From positions 171,265 through 235,264 of the forward strand of contig JAXLYA010000004.1 in assembly GCA_046351695.1 (NCBI GenBank): a DNA stretch of 64,000 bases. The letters run 5' to 3'. Position 1 is the first letter of the stretch; every line of letters starts with the position of its first letter. This document shows positions 1-9,708 of this stretch, one piece after another. The notes under the pieces are model-generated. The model did no database searches. It saw only the letters and a program-made list of their open reading frames with translations, and had not been told where the DNA came from. This DNA is from Anaeromyxobacter sp. (GTDB taxonomy: Bacteria > Myxococcota > Myxococcia > Myxococcales > Anaeromyxobacteraceae). The translations under genes and the position numbers were made by a program.

Positions 1-1112
1 AGCATGTACGCGGCGTCCACCCGCAGCGACGGGAGGAGCTGCCAGCCCGCGCCGCCCGAGAAGCCCCAGCTCGAGGCGTCGGAGAGGGTCGGCGAGAGGG
101 TGTCGGTCGGCGGGTTCGAGATCGAGCGCTGCGCGCCGACGCGGAGGGTGAGCGGCGGCGCCCAGGCCGGGTGCTCGTCCTCGAGCCCGAGCCGGTAGAC
201 CCAGCCGTTCTTGTAGTTGCGCGGGACGTCGACCGTGAAGCCCTTGTCCCCCACGAACTTGTCCTCCTTGTAGACGATCCACCGCTCGTGGCTCCAAGCG
301 CCGGTGAGCCGGACGCCCGGGTGGACCTTCCAGGCGAGCCCCACGAAGAGCTCGTTCGGGACCGCGGTCTCCTGCTTCGCGCCCTGGTCCTGCAGGAGCG
401 GCTGGTACGCGGGCGGGACGCCCTCGAAGTGCGCGTCGCCCTTCAGCGTGAACTTCGCCTGGTGGCGGTAGTCGACGCCGAGGGTGAGCGGGAGGTTCGG
501 GACGTCGTACTCCGCGGAGGCCGCGAACGACCAGCCGTTGCCGGCGAGCCCGACCTCGGCCGTGCCGACCGAAGAGACGAAGTTGACGTCCTGCTTCAGG
601 ACCTCGGTGATGCGGTGGAACACGAGGCCGCCGCCGAGCCTCAAGCCCGCGCCGACCTCGATGCCGCCGCCCGCGCGGGCGATGAACCAGCGCTGGTCGA
701 CCTCGCGGATGCGCGTCGAGCCGGCCCAGCCCTCGGGCCAGAAGAGCGAGCCGCCGCCGCCCACCAGCATCCCGGCGCCGACGCCGTAGCGGCGGCCGCC
801 GGGGAGCTGGCCGCCCCACGCGAGCGCGAGCGTCGGCGGGTAGGCGGGGTGCTTCACCGTCTTCGAGGAGCCGAGGGTCGGGTCCGACCACTCGGTCGAG
901 TTGTCGACGATCTCGAGCGCGGCGGTGGCGGAGGCGCCCTCGAGGCGGGACAGCGCCGCGAGGTTCGCCATCACCGCGCCCGCGCCCTCCTGCGTGGCGA
1001 CGTTCGACTGCTGCAGCGCGAGGTCGCGCGGGCTCTGGGTCGGGATGGCGTAGGCCGCCGCGAGGGCGGCGGAGGGGGCGGCGAGCAGGAGGGCGACGAG
1101 GAGGTTCTTCAT
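1..1112 (-). CDS. Outer-membrane hydrophobic-compound/long-chain fatty acid channel, FadL/OmpP1/TodX family (start in window, 3' end runs off the window edge)
   Basis: Missing from the ORF track because it is open to the window edge. My translation from the ATG at 1112-1110 reads MKNLLVALLLAAPSAALAAAYAIPTQSPRDLALQQSNVATQEGAGAVMANLAAL... It has a signal peptide, an alternating beta-strand pattern and very high GC3. It lies 17 nt downstream of the lipase gene on the same strand. Confidence 0.7.
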   Translation of the reverse strand, partial: MKNLLVALLLAAPSAALAAAYAIPTQSPRDLALQQSNVATQEGAGAVMANLAALSRLEGASATAALEIVDNSTEWSDPTLGSSKTVKHPAYPPTLALAWGGQLPGGRRYGVGAGMLVGGGGSLFWPEGWAGSTRIREVDQRWFIARAGGGIEVGAGLRLGGGLVFHRITEVLKQDVNFVSSVGTAEVGLAGNGWSFAASAEYDVPNLPLTLGVDYRHQAKFTLKGDAHFEGVPPAYQPLLQDQGAKQETAVPNELFVGLAWKVHPGVRLTGAWSHERWIVYKEDKFVGDKGFTVDVPRNYKNGWVYRLGLEDEHPAWAPPLTLRVGAQRSISNPPTDTLSPTLSDASSWGFSGGAGWQLLPSLRVDAAYM

Positions 1113-1128
1113 GGCGATCTCCCTTTCG

Positions 1129-4100
1129 CTACGGCAGGACGACGACCGACGCCGGCAGCGCGGTCGGATCGAGGAGGAACGCACCCGCGTCGGCCTGCGC
1201 CTTGCCGGTCTGGAGGACGTCGGCCCAGTTCGTGATGAAGCCGTGCTTCACGGCCCACGGCGTGAGCGGGTTCGAGCCGAAGCCGCCCGTGCAGGAGGCG
1301 AACGCCGCCGCGTCGGGCGCGGCGGCGCCGGTCATGAACACCTGGAAGTCGCCCGTGCCCTGCCCGAACGTCGGCGCGCTCGGCAGGGGCGTGTTCCCGA
1401 CCACGGAGGAGAGCAGGTACGTGAACGGGTTCGGCACGGTCTGGTCGCAGAACGCGGCCTGGGCGAGGACGGGCTTCGACGACTGGGCGATCGAGCCGTT
1501 CGGGTTCGCGAGCAGGTTCGGGAGCGGGCTCGACTTCAGGTGCCCCGCGAAGTTGATGGGGTCGGCCGGGTCGAGGATCGTCTTCGCGACCGCGAGGAAC
1601 TGCAGGTACGCCGCGGTGCCGGGCGAGATGCCGAGCCCGGTGAGGAGCTCGTCGGTCGAGGGGCCGAAGGCGGGCGAGGTCGTGAAGATGTCGACGATCG
1701 TGCCGCCGCCCACGTTGAGCGTGCCCGCCCCGAGGCGCGGGTTCACGGCGAGGTTCATCGCGCCCTGCAGGGCGCCGAGCGACTGGCCGAGGTAGCGGAC
1801 CTTCGCGGGGTCGATGACCACGCCGCCCGCCGCGAGGTGGTCGAAGACCGGGTTCGTGGTCGGGGGCGGACCGGTCGGGACGAAGGCGAGGGCGCGCACG
1901 AGCTGGGACTGGTCGATCGCGTCCTGGCGGAGCGTGTCGCGGGTGCGGAAGAAGTTCACCGACACGAGGAAGTTGCCCGAGACGATCGGGATGCCGTGCG
2001 TGCCGTCCCAGCCGCAGCCGGCAGGGTTCGTGGCGCAGGCCTCGGACACCGGCCGCACCGCGTACCCGACCGCGCCGCAGGTGCCGGGCGGCTTCGCGTC
2101 GCCCTGCGCGCCGGCGGGGAGCGGCGAGGTGCAGGCGGTGGTGTGGTCGGCGCAGATCGGGAAGCCGGAGATCGTCACGTCGCCCTTGTTGCAGAGCGAG
2201 CGGTCGCCGTGCTTCGCCGCGTCGATCGCGACGGTGATGAGCCCCTTCGCGGCGAGGCCGTTCGCGACCGTGAGCATGTCGGCCCGGCCGTCGCCGAAGC
2301 CGTGGCGGAAGACCACCATCGGCGCGCACTTCAGCGCCGACAGCGCGCCCGGGCAGGCGGCGAGGTTCGGGTTCGTCGCCTTCGGCACGGCGACGAGGAC
2401 CGGGATGCTCTCGGCGCTGCCGTTCGCCGGGTTCGCGAAGAAGGCGCCGGAGGCGGGGTCGAGCAGGTTGAAGGTCGAGATCGAGGTCTCGAGCACCTCG
2501 CCGAGGTTGTCCGATGGCACGGTCGCCGCGACGCCGTAGCGCGCGTACGCCTGGGCGGGCGTGAAGCTCGTGACGGCGCCCGGTGCGGCGGACAGCCCCG
2601 GGAGCGCGTACGGCAGCGCCGCGAGCTGCAGCGCCTGGGAGAGGATGGTCTGGGTGCGGAAGGTGTACGCCATCGCGACCTGCGCGTCGGAGAGCCCGGC
2701 CGCCGTCACGACGGGCCTCAGCTGCAGCCGCATCGCCTCCAGGCCGGCGGCGGTCTCGTCGTCGATGCCGAGGAGCGCGGAGTGGCCGCCGACCGAGACC
2801 GGGTGGGCGAAGAGCAGCACGTTGCCGACGGTGCCGCGCCCGAGCGCCTTGCCCGCCTTGTCCTTCACGCCGGTCGTGACGATCACGGCGTAGTCGGTCG
2901 CGTCCCGGAGCGGCCGCGTCCGGAAGGGTGAGGTCGCGTCGCAGGCCGAGAGGCCCGCGGGCTGGAGCACGATCGCGGTCGAGAGCCCGGAGTCGGTCAC
3001 CTCGCAGGGCTCGGTGAGGTAGGTGGAGGGGTCCACCTTCGCCGGGTTGGTGCCGGAGAGATCCCAGAGCTGCACGGTGTCGGAGGTCACGGTGGTCGCG
3101 TCGATGAGGTCGCTCGTCGCCGCGAGGATGGGCGCGGTGGTGCCGAAGCCGTCGAGGGCCTCGAAGCCCGCGGCCGCGGCGGAGGAGCAGTTGCCGGCGG
3201 CGTCGAGCGTGCCGCTCGCGAGCGAGCAGGCGGCGACCTTCGTGAGCTTGCCGGTCGGGCCGGGGTGCCGGAGGAGGTCGATCGGCAGCGGCACGAGGCC
3301 GCGGGCCGCGTCGAGCTCCACCACCGTCTTCCGGGGCGCGACCTGGAAGGTCGTCAGCATCGCGAGCTCCTGGTGCGGGAAGCGGGAGTCGGCGACGGTG
3401 AACGGCGCGGGCACGCCGGGCGCGGGGGCGGTCTTGTACCCTGCGATGAGCTGGTTGAGGGCCTGCGCGTTCGCGTACGCCGCCTCGTAGGTCCCGAGCT
3501 GGGCCTTGAGCAGCGACAGGTTGGCCTCGGTGGTGAGGTCCTGGCCCTGGGCGATGAGGTTGAAGATGGTGGAGGCGTAGACCGCCCGGCCGTCGGCGGT
3601 CCTCACGCCGTACGGACCGCCGCGCAGGAACGCGTAGTAGAGCCCCGGCTCCCAGGGGCCGTGGCCCTTCCGGTGCAGCGTGAGCGTCGAGGTCTTCGTC
3701 CCCGCGACGAGGTCGGCCGGGGTCAGGGTCTCGAGCGGGATGATCCCCGCGCCGGCGGCGGTGAGCCCCCACACGAAGACGGTGTCCTCCGTGAAGGAGG
3801 TGGCGTCGAGCGCGACCGGGCCCTCGGTGACCGCGCCGTTCGCGGCGATCGTCTGATCGACGAGGTCGAGCGTGATCGCGACCTCCTGGTCGTTCGGGAA
3901 GCCGCCCGCCGCGTTGAAGGCCTGGAGGAGCTCCTTCTGCGCGCCGTCGGGCAGGCCGCCGAGGCCGAGCGCCGAGCGGGCGAGGTCGTTCGGGAGCGGG
4001 ATCGCCCCGGCGTTCGGGTCGAACACCACCGTCGCGACCTTGTGGAGCGAGGTGGCCTGCTTGACGTCGGGGGCGCAGGCCCCGAGGCCAGAGACGGAGC

Positions 4101-4146
4101 CGGCGAGGGCGAGCGCGCCGAGGACGAGGATCCGGGTGCGGGTCAT
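1129..4146 (-). CDS. Secreted lipase/esterase-like alpha/beta-hydrolase lipoprotein (N-terminal region resembles the bacterial virulence-factor lipase N-terminal domain)
   Basis: The real start is MTRTRILVLGALALAGSVSGLGAC (lipobox) at 4146, inside the 1391-aa track ORF, preceded by a GAGGA SD. It carries a VFDPNAGAIPLPNDL motif, a GxSxG nucleophile elbow (GQSLGA) and FRHGFGDGR. Everything upstream of M4146 in that ORF is R/G-rich shadow sequence. Confidence 0.7.
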   Translation of the reverse strand: MTRTRILVLGALALAGSVSGLGACAPDVKQATSLHKVATVVFDPNAGAIPLPNDLARSALGLGGLPDGAQKELLQAFNAAGGFPNDQEVAITLDLVDQTIAANGAVTEGPVALDATSFTEDTVFVWGLTAAGAGIIPLETLTPADLVAGTKTSTLTLHRKGHGPWEPGLYYAFLRGGPYGVRTADGRAVYASTIFNLIAQGQDLTTEANLSLLKAQLGTYEAAYANAQALNQLIAGYKTAPAPGVPAPFTVADSRFPHQELAMLTTFQVAPRKTVVELDAARGLVPLPIDLLRHPGPTGKLTKVAACSLASGTLDAAGNCSSAAAAGFEALDGFGTTAPILAATSDLIDATTVTSDTVQLWDLSGTNPAKVDPSTYLTEPCEVTDSGLSTAIVLQPAGLSACDATSPFRTRPLRDATDYAVIVTTGVKDKAGKALGRGTVGNVLLFAHPVSVGGHSALLGIDDETAAGLEAMRLQLRPVVTAAGLSDAQVAMAYTFRTQTILSQALQLAALPYALPGLSAAPGAVTSFTPAQAYARYGVAATVPSDNLGEVLETSISTFNLLDPASGAFFANPANGSAESIPVLVAVPKATNPNLAACPGALSALKCAPMVVFRHGFGDGRADMLTVANGLAAKGLITVAIDAAKHGDRSLCNKGDVTISGFPICADHTTACTSPLPAGAQGDAKPPGTCGAVGYAVRPVSEACATNPAGCGWDGTHGIPIVSGNFLVSVNFFRTRDTLRQDAIDQSQLVRALAFVPTGPPPTTNPVFDHLAAGGVVIDPAKVRYLGQSLGALQGAMNLAVNPRLGAGTLNVGGGTIVDIFTTSPAFGPSTDELLTGLGISPGTAAYLQFLAVAKTILDPADPINFAGHLKSSPLPNLLANPNGSIAQSSKPVLAQAAFCDQTVPNPFTYLLSSVVGNTPLPSAPTFGQGTGDFQVFMTGAAAPDAAAFASCTGGFGSNPLTPWAVKHGFITNWADVLQTGKAQADAGAFLLDPTALPASVVVLP

Positions 4147-4154
4147 GGCGGTCC

Positions 4155-7127
4155 TCACTTGTCGAACGTCTGGGTGGCGACCGCGCCGGCCTGCGCGTGC
4201 GCGCCGTCGGCGTAGTCGAAGTAGGTGTTCTGGACCCAGTCCACGAGCAGGTCCGGCCCCGCGACGACGCCGTACGGCCCGTCGCGCTGCGGCCCGGGCA
4301 GCTGCATCCGGGTGGTCGGGCCGGCCGGATCCATGACCGAGACGTGGCGAACGTTCGCCGACGAGCCGAAGGCGAAGGAGGTGCCGCTCGCGGTGAGGCG
4401 CGGGTTGCCGACGTCGACCGTCAGCGCGCCGCCCGGGCGGGCGTACGGCCCGGCGACGTAGCCGGTCGTGACCGTGGGGAACTGGCTCGCGGCCGTGAAG
4501 GTGTGGTGCCGGCCCCAGCGCCAGTCGGTGCCCTCGGTGGCGAGGAGCGTGCGGTAGGCCGTGACGAGCGAGGTCACGACCTGCGCCGCGCAGGTGTGCG
4601 ACGCGACGGGCGCGCCGGTGTCCGGGTCGACGTCGTCGCAGAAGCTCGCCTCGTCGCCGGTGACGCCCGGCTCGAGCATGCGGAGCATGCCCTTCACGGC
4701 GCTCGACGAGCTCACCCCCAGCCCTGCCGCGCCGAGGTCGTCCGCGAAGACGCGGACGAGGAGGTCGCGCACGAAGGTGTGGAAGAGGAGGCACGCCGCC
4801 GAGTTCGCCGTGTTGGTGGTGTCGGGGTCGTTCGGCGAGAGGTCGGGGTCGATGCCGAGGAGGCCGGTCGGGCAGTCGTAGGCCTTCGTGTTCGCGCCCC
4901 AGGCGACGAGCATGGCGCGGGCCGCCTTGAAGTCGGGGCTGCCCGCCTCGGCCGCGTCGTAGCTCGCGTCCTTCAGGATCTCGGTGAAGGCCCGGCCGAG
5001 CGAGGAGACGTGGTCGGTCTGGATCGACTCGAGCTCCGCCTCGCCGATCTTGCCGCCGCCCGCCGCGAGCGCCTTCGTCATGCGCTCGGTGATGCGGGTC
5101 TGCCGGAAGCCGATCTCGTCCCAATCGAACGAGAGGTAGGGCGGGTAGGCGAAGACGTTGTTGTCCTTCGAGACGCCCACCGGGTCGGAGTTCGCCGTCA
5201 CGTAGAAGCCCCAGGTCGGGTTCTTCCCGTGCGGCACGTCGGCGTCGTCGAGGAAGCAGCTGCGCGGCGCGGCGACGCCCCCGCAGGCGGGGTCGGAGCC
5301 CCACTCCGCCGAGCCGTCGCCCGGGAGCGGGATCCAGGGCGGCTGGAGGTTGGCCGCGGCGGTCTTGCGGACGTCGGCGAAGTCACGCACCGGCAGGAGC
5401 GCGTGAGGGTCGTAGGCGATGTTCCCCGCGTCGTCGGCGAGCACGAAGTTCTGCGCGCCGGTCGCGTAGTCCTTGAGCGCCTCGATCGCCGCGTCGACGC
5501 TCGCGGCGGTCGCGAGGCCGAAGAACGCCTTCAGGTCCTGCGTCCAGCCCTCGTGGCCGGTCCAGCGCATCGAGACGGCGTGGCCACCCGCGTCTGGCGC
5601 CTGGATGATCGGGCCGTGGTGCGGGACGACGAAGACGACCGCGCCCTGGGCCGAGAGGAGCGGCGCGTTCGGCGGCCACGCGGTCGCCTCGTGGAGGAGG
5701 CCGTCGGGGCCGCGGACCTTGTACGACTGGGGCGCGGGGATGAGCGACACGGGGCCGCCCTTGAAGAGGACGCACGGGATCTGCGCGGACGGGCAGCTGC
5801 CCTGCGGCAGGAACTGCTCGCGGTAGAGATCCGTCACGTCGTAGCCGACGACGGTGACGCCCCAGCCGACGTGCTTGCCGCGCCCCACGAGCGCGCCCGG
5901 CGTGCCGGGGAACGAGCCGCCCACGATGTCCATGCCGTCGGCGGCGCGCCGGGAGGTCATCTGCGCGAGGTAGAAGTTGGGCGGGTAGGGCAGGGAGAGG
6001 TGCGGGTCGTTCGCGACCATCGCGTGACCGTTCGCGGAGTGGGCCGCGTCCACCACCCAGTTGTTGGAGCCGACCTCGCCCACCTCGGCGTGGAGCGCCT
6101 CGCGGAGCGCGCCGTGGCGGACGCCGAGCGGCCCGAGGCTCGCGCCCCAGGCGCCGAGCGCCGCGGCGTCCACCTGCGGCGCCGGCGCGGGCGCGGCGGC
6201 GGCCGGGGGTGCGACGAGCGTGTACGTGCGCGCCTGGACCGGCAGCTGCGCGCGGACCCAGGTCTTGAACTTGCCGCCGGTGCCGAAGGCGAGCACGAAC
6301 TTCCCGTAGTCGGCCTCGGCCCCGATGCTCTCGGAGAGCTGGAACTGCTGCAGGCGAGCGAGCCCGGTGACGTCGGCGAGCGTCCAGGCCGGGAGGTCCG
6401 CCGCCTTCACCGGCACGGGCAACTGCGCGTACTCGCCGGGGAGGTCGGCGTCGGTGAGCTCGCCGAGCCGCGCGTTGATGCCGTCGACGTAGGCCTGCAC
6501 CCGCGCCTTCGTGGCGGGGTCCATCGCGGTGACGAGCGCATCCTCGATGCGGGCGCCGTTGCGCATGGTGAAGAGGGTGCGGAGCTGCACGTCCTGCTCG
6601 AGCCCGAGCGGGCCCACGAGCTCGGAGAGCCGCCCGCGCGCCACGCGGCGGAGGAAGTCCATCTGGAAGAGCCGGTCGCGCGCGTGCAGGTAGCCCTGGA
6701 CGGCGAAGCAGTCGGTGTCGATCGCGCAGTCGACGTGCGGCACCTGCCAGGCGTCGTAGGTGACGGTGACCGCCGCGGAGAGCGACGCGATCTTCTTCGG
6801 GGTGAGCGCCTGGGCCGCGTAGCTGATGTGGACGGCCTGGCTGTGCTTGCCCGCGGTGGCGGTCACGGTCGCGGTCTGGCCGGCGCCCGCCACGGCGGGC
6901 GGCCGCCAGACGACGAACGGGCCCTTCGAGCCGGAGAGCGTCCCGGCGCCGGTGAGCGACCAGCTCACCTCGGCGCCGCCGGTGACCGTCGCGCTCAGGC
7001 TCACCGGCCCGGACGCGGTCACGTCGCCGGACGGCGTGACGGTGAGTGAGTCGGCGAGGTCGCCGGACTTGGCGCAGGCGAGGACGGCGGACGCGAGGGC
7101 ACACAGGACGACCAGCTTCGCGCGCAT
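4155..7127 (-). CDS. Penicillin/acyl-homoserine-lactone acylase family protein (peptidase S45, Ntn hydrolase) lipoprotein with an extra N-terminal Ig-like segment
   Basis: Signal/lipobox MRAKLVVLCALASAVLAC, a GYLHARDRLFQMDF motif, and the autoprocessing/nucleophile site GSNNWVV. A GGAGG SD precedes the ATG. The stop is 8 nt before the lipase start. Confidence 0.85.
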   Translation of the reverse strand: MRAKLVVLCALASAVLACAKSGDLADSLTVTPSGDVTASGPVSLSATVTGGAEVSWSLTGAGTLSGSKGPFVVWRPPAVAGAGQTATVTATAGKHSQAVHISYAAQALTPKKIASLSAAVTVTYDAWQVPHVDCAIDTDCFAVQGYLHARDRLFQMDFLRRVARGRLSELVGPLGLEQDVQLRTLFTMRNGARIEDALVTAMDPATKARVQAYVDGINARLGELTDADLPGEYAQLPVPVKAADLPAWTLADVTGLARLQQFQLSESIGAEADYGKFVLAFGTGGKFKTWVRAQLPVQARTYTLVAPPAAAAPAPAPQVDAAALGAWGASLGPLGVRHGALREALHAEVGEVGSNNWVVDAAHSANGHAMVANDPHLSLPYPPNFYLAQMTSRRAADGMDIVGGSFPGTPGALVGRGKHVGWGVTVVGYDVTDLYREQFLPQGSCPSAQIPCVLFKGGPVSLIPAPQSYKVRGPDGLLHEATAWPPNAPLLSAQGAVVFVVPHHGPIIQAPDAGGHAVSMRWTGHEGWTQDLKAFFGLATAASVDAAIEALKDYATGAQNFVLADDAGNIAYDPHALLPVRDFADVRKTAAANLQPPWIPLPGDGSAEWGSDPACGGVAAPRSCFLDDADVPHGKNPTWGFYVTANSDPVGVSKDNNVFAYPPYLSFDWDEIGFRQTRITERMTKALAAGGGKIGEAELESIQTDHVSSLGRAFTEILKDASYDAAEAGSPDFKAARAMLVAWGANTKAYDCPTGLLGIDPDLSPNDPDTTNTANSAACLLFHTFVRDLLVRVFADDLGAAGLGVSSSSAVKGMLRMLEPGVTGDEASFCDDVDPDTGAPVASHTCAAQVVTSLVTAYRTLLATEGTDWRWGRHHTFTAASQFPTVTTGYVAGPYARPGGALTVDVGNPRLTASGTSFAFGSSANVRHVSVMDPAGPTTRMQLPGPQRDGPYGVVAGPDLLVDWVQNTYFDYADGAHAQAGAVATQTFDK

Positions 7128-7358
7128 GTAGCCTCCGAAGGTGCGGACGTTCGACTGGCGAATCGGGGTGCGACTCTAGGCGGGGGGCGCCGCCACACCC
7201 AAGGCTCCACTCGGGTCGAACCCTCTGGCCCGTTTCACTTTTCGTCACCACCTCGACAGACCGCACGTGACGCGGTGCGGTGGCCGCCCGTGCCGCGCTG
7301 CGGCGAGGGTACCGACGTTTCACTGGGCGTGGGAGCGCCGGGGCTCTACGATGCGCGC

Positions 7359-8327
7359 ATGCCCCCTGGCCTCCCCCTCCGGTCGCTCGCGTCGCTCCTC
7401 GTCGCCTGCACGTCGTGCGCGACGGCCGTCACCTCTTCTCCCGCAGCGTCGGCCGCCGCCTCCGCCGGTGCGGGCTCCGCGGCCTCTCCCGCCGCCAGCG
7501 CGCGCGCCCCCGCCTTCTCGCTCCTGGGCACACCCGAGCTCGTCCTCCCCGGCGTCGTCTCCACCGCCGCCTCGACCGAGATCCGGCTCGCCGTGAGCCC
7601 CGACGGCGCGCGGCTCCTGTGGGGCGCGATCGGCCAGCCCGGCGCGCCGCGCGGCTGGGAGATCCTGGAGAGCCGCCGCACCGCCGCCGGCTGGTCCACC
7701 CCCGCGCCCGCCCCGTTCGACTCCGCCGCGAACGACTTCGACCCGTCCTTCGCCCCCGACGGCTCGGGCGCCTACTTCTTCTCCAACCGCCCGGGCGGCC
7801 TCGGCGGCGACGACCTCTGGTTCACGCCGCTCGGGAAGGACGGCGCCTGGGGCGAACCCGTGAACCTCGGCCCCGGCGTGAACACGAAGGGCGACGAGTG
7901 GGCGCCGTCGGTCTCCCCGGACGGCACGCAGCTCCTGTTCTGTTCCGACGCCCGCGGCGGCCCCGGTCGCCAGGACCTCTTCGTCGCGCGCCGCGGCGCC
8001 GACGGCGCCTGGTCCGACGCCCGGGCGCTGGCCGTGAACGGCCCCGACGACGACTTCGACGCGACCTTCCTGCCGGACGGCAGCCTCGTCTTCTCCTCCG
8101 GCCGCACCGACGGCGCCGTGGCGCTGTACTGGGCCCCGGCGAACGCGCCCGGCCCATCCGCCCGCGTCCGCCTCGGCCCCGAGGTGAACGGCGAGGGCGC
8201 GGAGCCCTTCACGAACGGCCCCTCCATCGCCGCGACCGAGCCCGGCTGGCTGTACTTCTCCGCCCGCCGCTCAGGCGGCGAAGGCCGCATGGACATCTGG
8301 CGGGTGCCCTACCGCGTCGAGCGCTGA
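7359..8327 (+). CDS. TolB-like PD40/WD40-like beta-propeller repeat lipoprotein
   Basis: The internal start MPPGLPLRSLASLLVAC has a lipobox. Repeated motifs are SPDG..L.F.S.R.GG.G..DL(W/F) (FAPDGSGAYFFSNRPGGLGGDDLWF, VSPDGTQLLFCSDARGGPGRQDLFV, FLPDGSLVFSS). Confidence 0.7.
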   Translation: MPPGLPLRSLASLLVACTSCATAVTSSPAASAAASAGAGSAASPAASARAPAFSLLGTPELVLPGVVSTAASTEIRLAVSPDGARLLWGAIGQPGAPRGWEILESRRTAAGWSTPAPAPFDSAANDFDPSFAPDGSGAYFFSNRPGGLGGDDLWFTPLGKDGAWGEPVNLGPGVNTKGDEWAPSVSPDGTQLLFCSDARGGPGRQDLFVARRGADGAWSDARALAVNGPDDDFDATFLPDGSLVFSSGRTDGAVALYWAPANAPGPSARVRLGPEVNGEGAEPFTNGPSIAATEPGWLYFSARRSGGEGRMDIWRVPYRVER

Positions 8328-9217
8328 GCAGGGCGTGGTGTAGAGCTCGAAGGATTCCTTCGCGAAGAGGGGGAGGGGTTCCGTGGCCGCGGCAGCGGCC
8401 GCGGACGCCTTCGCCTCCCTCCGCTCCTCGCGCTCCTGGCGCGCCTCGGCCCTCCGCCGCTCGATGCGCTCGCGCCCGTACTTGAGGAACGCCCGGTACT
8501 GGTTGTGGGCCCGGTCGTGACGGGGTCGTCGACGGTGGACGACCCCGTCTCGTTCGCCGGATCGAGGTGGTCCATCTCGAGCCGCTCCGTCTCCGTGCAC
8601 CGCTCGCCGTTGCAGATCTCGGTGCACCGGTGACCGTCGCGCGCGAGCACCGCGCGGCGAACGCCGAGGGCCACGCGCTGGCGGATGCCCGGCGTGGCCA
8701 CCTGCTCCGGGATCGCCCGCGGGTGCTTCGGCGCGATGAAGCCGAGCCGCTTGCCGTGCTTCTCGAGCGAGTCGTGGAGCATCTGCTCGAACACCTTCTG
8801 CAGGTCGCCGTCGGGGATCTTGTGGGCGAGGTAGCCCTTCAGCGTGTCGAGCTCCGCCTTCAGTTCGCGATCGAGCCCGATGCGCCACTGCCAGCGGCCC
8901 TCCGCGACCGGCTCGACGCGGCTGCGGTCGCGGGGGCGGAACAGTGGCGTGGTCGGGACGAGGGTGGGAGTCGGAGACGGGGTCAGAGTCGGCGGCGAGC
9001 CCGCCTCGTCCCGAGGAGTGAACCCGGAATCCGTAAGGTCATTCTCCGGTGATGTCCCTGCAGGCGCGTTCGCCGCAGGAAGAGGCGAGACCGTTGGCGC
9101 CGAGGCTACCTGCATTGCCGCGATCATCTCCTGCTCCGGAAGCATCGACTGACGAGGTCCCGGCGTCGGCAACTTCCGGATCCCTTCCGCCGGTACGTCC
9201 TTCGGCCGGATGGTCAC
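8271..9217 (-). pseudogene. HNH endonuclease-domain protein, reading frame broken (one base short) inside the HNH motif
   Basis: GTG start at 9217 with GGGAGGAG 6 nt upstream. Frame 1 reads ...RAVLARDGHRCTEICNGERCTETERLEMDHLDPANETGSSTVDDP and then degenerates into S/T/G/R junk. A second frame continues RHDRAHNQYRAFLKYGRERIERRRAEARQ... to the stop at 8271. The switch is at the C4 run (plus-strand gggg 8522-8525). Total length is 947 nt, i.e. 3n+2. Confidence 0.55.
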
Positions 9218-9246
9218 GACGAGCTCCTCCCGAAGAGCGATCGCGG

Positions 9247-9687
9247 CTACGGCACCCTCACCCAGGCGAGGCGGAGCTCCCTCCCGTCCACGTCCAGCGC
9301 CGCGATCGTCCCCGGCGGGAACTCCACGTTCCGCCCCGCCACCGACGCCACCGCGCCCGCGAGCTCCGGGTTGTGCCCCACCATCGCGGTCCCGGCCGCC
9401 ATCCTCACCGCGAGCATCAGGATCGCCCGCGGGTCCGAGACACCGGACCCGAGCTCGACCTCCGCGTCGGCGCGCACCCCGAGGACCGCCGCGAGGACCT
9501 GGGCCGTCTCCCGGCACCGCGTGAACGGGCTCGCGACCACGCGCGAGACCTGCAGCTCCGCCCGGACCCGCCGGACGTGGCTCTCGAAGTCGAGCTTGCC
9601 GTCCGGCGTCAACCGCCGGGCGGCGTCGCCGCCCGGGTTCGACGCCTCCGCCCGGGCGTGGCGCACGAGGTAGATCCGCTTCGACAC
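9247..9687 (-). CDS. sixA: Phosphohistidine phosphatase SixA / histidine phosphatase superfamily
   Basis: MSKRIYLVRHA (RHG/RHA catalytic motif) ...LTPDG...ASPFTRCRETA...VGHNP. GTG start with GGAGG 7 nt upstream. Confidence 0.7.
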   Translation of the reverse strand: MSKRIYLVRHARAEASNPGGDAARRLTPDGKLDFESHVRRVRAELQVSRVVASPFTRCRETAQVLAAVLGVRADAEVELGSGVSDPRAILMLAVRMAAGTAMVGHNPELAGAVASVAGRNVEFPPGTIAALDVDGRELRLAWVRVP

Positions 9688-9708
9688 GCCGTGGCCTCCG
9701 GGCCGCGC

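Noticed and set aside
4147-5304. N-terminal 385 codons of the 1391-aa minus ORF (1129-5304)
   Set aside because: This part is R/G-rich and out of frame within the acylase gene on the same strand. The real lipase gene begins at the lipoprotein signal peptide at 4146, with its own SD.
7205-7230. tRNA-like T-arm (ctcgggtcgaaccctctgg) in the 230-nt gap between the acylase and PD40 genes
   Set aside because: Only a 3-bp stem with a 5-nt loop. No acceptor, D or anticodon arms can be drawn around it.
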